A DNA stretch of 64,000 nucleotides, taken from the NCBI GenBank assembly GCA_015060885.1, contig SUXO01000003.1, positions 25,592 to 89,591 of the forward strand, written 5' to 3'. Origin of the DNA: Bacteroidales bacterium. Its GTDB lineage: Bacteria; Bacteroidota; Bacteroidia; Bacteroidales; Bacteroidaceae. This document shows positions 59,883-64,000 of the stretch, in pieces (positions within the stretch are counted from its first letter, which is position 1; every line of letters starts with the position of its first letter). Under the pieces are notes generated by a model. It had not been told where the DNA came from and did no database searches. It worked only from the letters and a program-made list of their open reading frames with translations. The position numbers and the translations under genes are program-made.

Positions 59883-61208
59883 ATGAAAGTATTGAAATTT
59901 GGAGGAACCTCGGTAGGATCTGCCGAGCGTATGCAGAATGTAGTACGTCTTATTTCGGACGGCGAAACAAAGATTGTTGTACTCTCGGCTATGTCGGGAA
60001 CAACCAACTCGCTTATAGAATTTACAAATTACTTGCGTAACGGCAACCCCAATGGCGCCTGTGAACATGCCAATCAGCTGCTCGACAAATACCGAGTAAC
60101 AATAAAAGGTCTATACGAGACAGAGGAAGCTGCATCGGCAGCCACTGCAAAGGTAAATGAGATATTCGCGCATTTGCGCTCGTTGGCATTCAAGCCGCTC
60201 GATATGAATCTCGAAAAAGAGATTGTTGCACAGGGCGAGATTATCTCCACAAATATGGTTACACTATATATGCGTGAGAAGGGGCTTGATGTGGAGCTTT
60301 TGAACTCATTGGAGTTTATGCGTTTGGGAGTAAACGGCGAACCCGACCTTGCTTACATACGCACGCATCTCCTTCCCCTTATCGACACCACTGCACAGGG
60401 GCGCATATATATTGCACAAGGCTTTATATGTATGAACGACGAGGGGCACATCGATAACCTGCAACGCGGCGGCAGTGACTACACTGCGACACTCATAGGT
60501 GCAGCCGTAAACGCTGAGGAGGTGCAGATATGGACCGATATAGACGGTATGCACAACAACGACCCCCGTATTGTAGAGAACACTTCGCCTGTGCATCATC
60601 TGCACTTTGAGGAGTCGGCCGAGCTTGCTTATTTCGGTGCAAAGATTTTGCACCCCACCTGCATCCTGCCTGCCAAACTGACAGGAACTCCTGTACGCCT
60701 TCTAAACACAATGGACCCCGCAGCCGAAGGAACACTTATCGACAACAACCTCACTTGTCCCGGCGAGATAAAGGCCATTGCCGCAAAAGAGAATATCACT
60801 GCAATCAAGATAAAGTCGGACCGTATGTTGCTAGCCTATGGATTCTTGCGCAAGGTATTCGAGATTTTTGAGACATACAAGACCTCTATCGATATGATAT
60901 GTACATCGGAAGTGGGTGTGTCTGTTTCAATAGATGATGACAGAAAACTGGAACAGATAACAAGCGAACTTCAAAAATATGGTACAGTAACCATTGATAA
61001 GGATATGTGCATAATTTGTGTGGTTGGTGACCTTAATTGGGAAAATACAGGTTTCGAAGCACGTGCAATGGCAGCCATGAAGGATATTCCTGTACGTATG
61101 GTGTCGTATGGCGGCAGCAACTACAACATTTCTTTCCTTGTGCGCGAAGAGGACAAGGTGCGTGCGCTCCGCTCATTGAGCAGCAACATATTCAACTCCA
61201 ATAAATAA
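59883..61208 (+). CDS. lysC: Aspartate kinase
   Basis: It has MKVLKFGGTSVGS and C-terminal ACT domains, and is 441 aa long. Confidence 0.9.
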   Translation: MKVLKFGGTSVGSAERMQNVVRLISDGETKIVVLSAMSGTTNSLIEFTNYLRNGNPNGACEHANQLLDKYRVTIKGLYETEEAASAATAKVNEIFAHLRSLAFKPLDMNLEKEIVAQGEIISTNMVTLYMREKGLDVELLNSLEFMRLGVNGEPDLAYIRTHLLPLIDTTAQGRIYIAQGFICMNDEGHIDNLQRGGSDYTATLIGAAVNAEEVQIWTDIDGMHNNDPRIVENTSPVHHLHFEESAELAYFGAKILHPTCILPAKLTGTPVRLLNTMDPAAEGTLIDNNLTCPGEIKAIAAKENITAIKIKSDRMLLAYGFLRKVFEIFETYKTSIDMICTSEVGVSVSIDDDRKLEQITSELQKYGTVTIDKDMCIICVVGDLNWENTGFEARAMAAMKDIPVRMVSYGGSNYNISFLVREEDKVRALRSLSSNIFNSNK

Positions 61209-61214
61209 AAGGCG

Positions 61215-62375
61215 ATGAGTTCCTGTTTTCCCATAGAGAAGTTTGCCCAAAAGGAGACTCCTTTCTATTACTATGATGTGGAGTTGCTTCGCAAGACTCT
61301 TGCAACTGCAAAAGAAGAGGCTGCAAAGTACGAAGGCTTTCACGTGCACTATGCCATAAAGGCTAATTTCAATCCCCGTCTGCTGCAAATTGTGAACGAA
61401 GCGGGTATGGGTGCCGATTGTGTGAGCGGTGGCGAAGTGGATTCAGCCCTCAAAGCCGGTATACCAGCCGACAAGGTGGTTTTTGCAGGAGTGGGCAAAA
61501 CCGACAAGGAGATTGCCCTTGCATTGGATGCCGGTATTTTTTGTTTCAATATTGAGTCAGTTCCCGAAGTAGAGGCTATCAATGCGCTAGCAGCAGAGCG
61601 TGGGGTGGTGGCATCGGTTGCAATAAGGATTAATCCCAACATCGGAGCTCATACCCACGCCAACATAACAACCGGCCTTGCCGAAAACAAATTCGGTGTG
61701 AACTATGAGCAACTCGACGAGGTAATTGACACCATAGAATCCTTGCCACACATTAAGCTCATTGGTCTGCACTTCCACATTGGTTCACAAATTCTGGTTA
61801 TGGACGATTTTATTGCTCTTTGTGGCCGTGTCAATGAGTTGCAGACAATGTTGCGTGAGAAGCGTGGCTTGGTGTTGCCTCATATAAATGTAGGCGGCGG
61901 TTTGGGTATACGCTACGATGCTCCCGACAAATATCCTATCCCCGATTTTGCACTCTATTTTGCCACATATGCACAGAACCTTAATTTGCAACCGGGGCAA
62001 CAGGTGCATTTTGAACTTGGCCGTAGCCTTGTGGCGCAGTGCGGTTCGCTCATAAGCCGTGTGACATACATAAAGAGAGGTACTTGCAAGCAGTTTATGA
62101 TAATAGATGCCGGAATGAACGACCTTGTGCGCCCGGCGCTCTACGATGCCTATCACAGGATAGAGAACCTATCATCTTCAAAAGAGGATGAATTGTACGA
62201 TGTCGTCGGTCCCATTTGCGAGTCATCCGATGTGTTCTGCAAGGACCGCAAGATTCCTTCGACACAGCGAGGCGATATTCTTGCTATACGTTCGGCAGGA
62301 GCTTATGGCGAGGCAATGGCTTTCGGTTACAACTGCCGTCGGTTGCCGTCATCGCTCTTTTCCGATGAGATATAA
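61215..62375 (+). CDS. lysA: Diaminopimelate decarboxylase
   Basis: It has HYAIKANFNP (the PLP lysine), GGGLGIRY and CESSD, and is 386 aa long. Confidence 0.9.
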   Translation: MSSCFPIEKFAQKETPFYYYDVELLRKTLATAKEEAAKYEGFHVHYAIKANFNPRLLQIVNEAGMGADCVSGGEVDSALKAGIPADKVVFAGVGKTDKEIALALDAGIFCFNIESVPEVEAINALAAERGVVASVAIRINPNIGAHTHANITTGLAENKFGVNYEQLDEVIDTIESLPHIKLIGLHFHIGSQILVMDDFIALCGRVNELQTMLREKRGLVLPHINVGGGLGIRYDAPDKYPIPDFALYFATYAQNLNLQPGQQVHFELGRSLVAQCGSLISRVTYIKRGTCKQFMIIDAGMNDLVRPALYDAYHRIENLSSSKEDELYDVVGPICESSDVFCKDRKIPSTQRGDILAIRSAGAYGEAMAFGYNCRRLPSSLFSDEI

Positions 62376-62524
62376 AAGGATTGGAATGTATTAAAGAGGC
62401 TGACTAAAAAGGCTCTTTTGTTGTTACGCTTGACCGAAAAATACTCATTTACGCTTAGTAAACTGCGTTTTTTCGGGCTTCGCAAGCCTAAAAATAGCTC
62501 TTTTTATCCAACCTCCCTACAAAC

Positions 62525-62557
62525 GTGGGTGACCCATTTCACTTTTGGGTCACCCAC
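62525..62557. terminator. Bidirectional terminator
   Basis: gtgggtgaccca-tttcacttt-tgggtcacccac has a perfect 12-bp stem between convergent genes. Confidence 0.75.
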
Positions 62558-62564
62558 TTTGTTA

Positions 62565-63806
62565 TCACTCGAACTTTATTGCTTTGCTTGGAGCAATCCT
62601 TGATATAAGCATCGATGGTACCACAAGCATTGCCACGCTCACAAGAAACATAACTGCATTCAGCGGTAGCATAAGCCAAGAGAACTCTATGGGAACGCTG
62701 TTCATATAATACATTTCGGGGTCGAGCCTTACAATGCCTGTATATTGTTGCAGCAGGCACAATGCAATTGCAATGATGTTGCCCCATAGCATCCCTTTGC
62801 CTATTATAAAGCAGGAATAGTATATGAAAATACGTCTTATAGAGATATTTTTCGTGCCAATAGCTTTAAGAATGCCAATAAAATTGCTCTTTTCGAGTAT
62901 GATAATGAGCAGCCCCGACACCATTGTGAACCCTGCAATGCCCAACACCAGCACAAGAATAACCCACACTGTGCGGTCGAGCACGCCAAGCCAGGCAAAA
63001 AGGGCAGGGAAGAGTTCTTCTATTGTCTGTATATAAAGCTGTTGGTTGTTTTTGCGTGCCATTTTTGCAATGAGAGGCGTAATAGTAGTTCTGGCCTCCT
63101 CCAATTTGTCGAAATCAGATGTTGTGATTTCAATTCCGCTAACCTTGTCATCGCCCCAGCCATTCAGCCGGCGGAGTGTGTTCATTCCTGTCAATGCAAA
63201 CACGTTGTCCATTTCGTAGAGATGGGTTTCGTATATTCCACATACAATCATACGACGGGCCTTTATGCCACCTTGCATAAAATATATGCTCACTTTATCG
63301 CCCAATTTGCATCCTGTTTTGTCGGCCATAACCTTTGAGAGTGCAACCCAATGGCCGTTTACAGAGTCGGGTGATGATGGTATGGAGCCTTCGAGCATAT
63401 GTGCCGCAAAGAACGAAGTGTCGTACACTCCCTCTTCGATACCTTTGAGCATTATACCTTCGAACTCCTCTCCGACAGCCAACAGCCCCGGCTTTTGTAT
63501 GTTTGTTACAGCATTTGTAACTCCTTCGCAGGCACGAATGTCTTTTATATCAGCAGCGGTAACAATAACAAAAGGGGGTTCGTTATCGTTTGTTTCGTAA
63601 TTGTTGACTTGAATGTGCCCGCCAAAGCCTATAATCTTTTCACGCACCTCCTTCTTGAACCCGATGACAATAGCCAGCGACAGCATCATCACTATTATAC
63701 CCACCGATACGCCCCATTGGGCAATGGTAGTGGCAGGGCGCGAAATCTTTCGCCCTCCTCTCCTTGCATGGTACAATCTTTTGGCTATAAACAGTTCAAT
63801 ATCCAT
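62565..63806 (-). CDS. FtsX/LolE-family ABC transporter permease
   Basis: It has an N-terminal TM segment, a MacB-like periplasmic domain and a C-terminal FtsX 3-TM bundle. It is 413 aa long. Confidence 0.8.
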   Translation of the reverse strand: MDIELFIAKRLYHARRGGRKISRPATTIAQWGVSVGIIVMMLSLAIVIGFKKEVREKIIGFGGHIQVNNYETNDNEPPFVIVTAADIKDIRACEGVTNAVTNIQKPGLLAVGEEFEGIMLKGIEEGVYDTSFFAAHMLEGSIPSSPDSVNGHWVALSKVMADKTGCKLGDKVSIYFMQGGIKARRMIVCGIYETHLYEMDNVFALTGMNTLRRLNGWGDDKVSGIEITTSDFDKLEEARTTITPLIAKMARKNNQQLYIQTIEELFPALFAWLGVLDRTVWVILVLVLGIAGFTMVSGLLIIILEKSNFIGILKAIGTKNISIRRIFIYYSCFIIGKGMLWGNIIAIALCLLQQYTGIVRLDPEMYYMNSVPIEFSWLMLPLNAVMFLVSVAMLVVPSMLISRIAPSKAIKFE

Positions 63807-63838
63807 ATCGCGCTTTATGCCTTCGAACCTTCTTTATA

Positions 63839-64000
63839 TCAGAATTTCCTGAATGTGACTCTTGCATTTTTGGAGTTCAGAATCATACTCTTGCTGTTCA
63901 GCAACTCAACAGCATATCTTTCATTGCTGTTATCATAGATACCCCATAACTTCAAATCGACATTCTCACTGTTTATACCTTGCACCATAAGCGAGTCGCC
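63839..64000 (-). CDS. 3' end of an unidentified CDS entering from the right window edge
   Basis: Only one minus-strand frame is open from 64000 to the TGA at 63839-63841. It reads ...GDSLMVQGINSENVDLKLWGIYDNSNERYAVELLNSKSMILNSKNARVTFRKF. I do not recognise the product. Confidence 0.4.
   Translation of the reverse strand, partial: GDSLMVQGINSENVDLKLWGIYDNSNERYAVELLNSKSMILNSKNARVTFRKF

Overview
This is a 64-kb chromosomal window that looks like a Bacteroidota (Bacteroidales-type) genome. The call rests on gene content, recurring TAnnTTTG-type -7 promoter boxes and the absence of Shine-Dalgarno sites. Most of it is ordinary, tightly packed housekeeping and carbohydrate genes: GH95 (cut at the left edge), guaA-like, mscL, gapA, an NCS2 permease, Hsp20, mtgA, GH13, fabD, a DASS transporter, LysR, relA/spoT, htpG, clpC, glgB, trmD, gyrA, purN, ftsE, lysC and lysA. 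Four things stand out. (1) An AT-rich accessory island at about 3950-7840 holds an HsdR_N/PD-(D/E)XK-fold protein, a decayed serine recombinase, a coiled-coil/2-TM protein and a small hydrophobic peptide. (2) A structured hairpin repeat family that I cannot classify has 8 copies with compensatory stem changes, mostly arrayed in that island. (3) Large modular non-coding mosaic repeats occur four times as two inverted pairs, one pair bracketing a 6.8-kb gyrA-containing segment. GTAG-palindrome REP/REPIN-like doublets sit nearby. (4) A RhuM-Fic/Doc gene is inserted into the 5' end of an alaX-like gene, and the target 5' end is duplicated. I found no CRISPR array, rRNA or tRNA. GC content and percent identities were judged by eye, not computed. 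I cannot name a single clearly novel multi-gene system, and the hairpin family plus the island is the best candidate.
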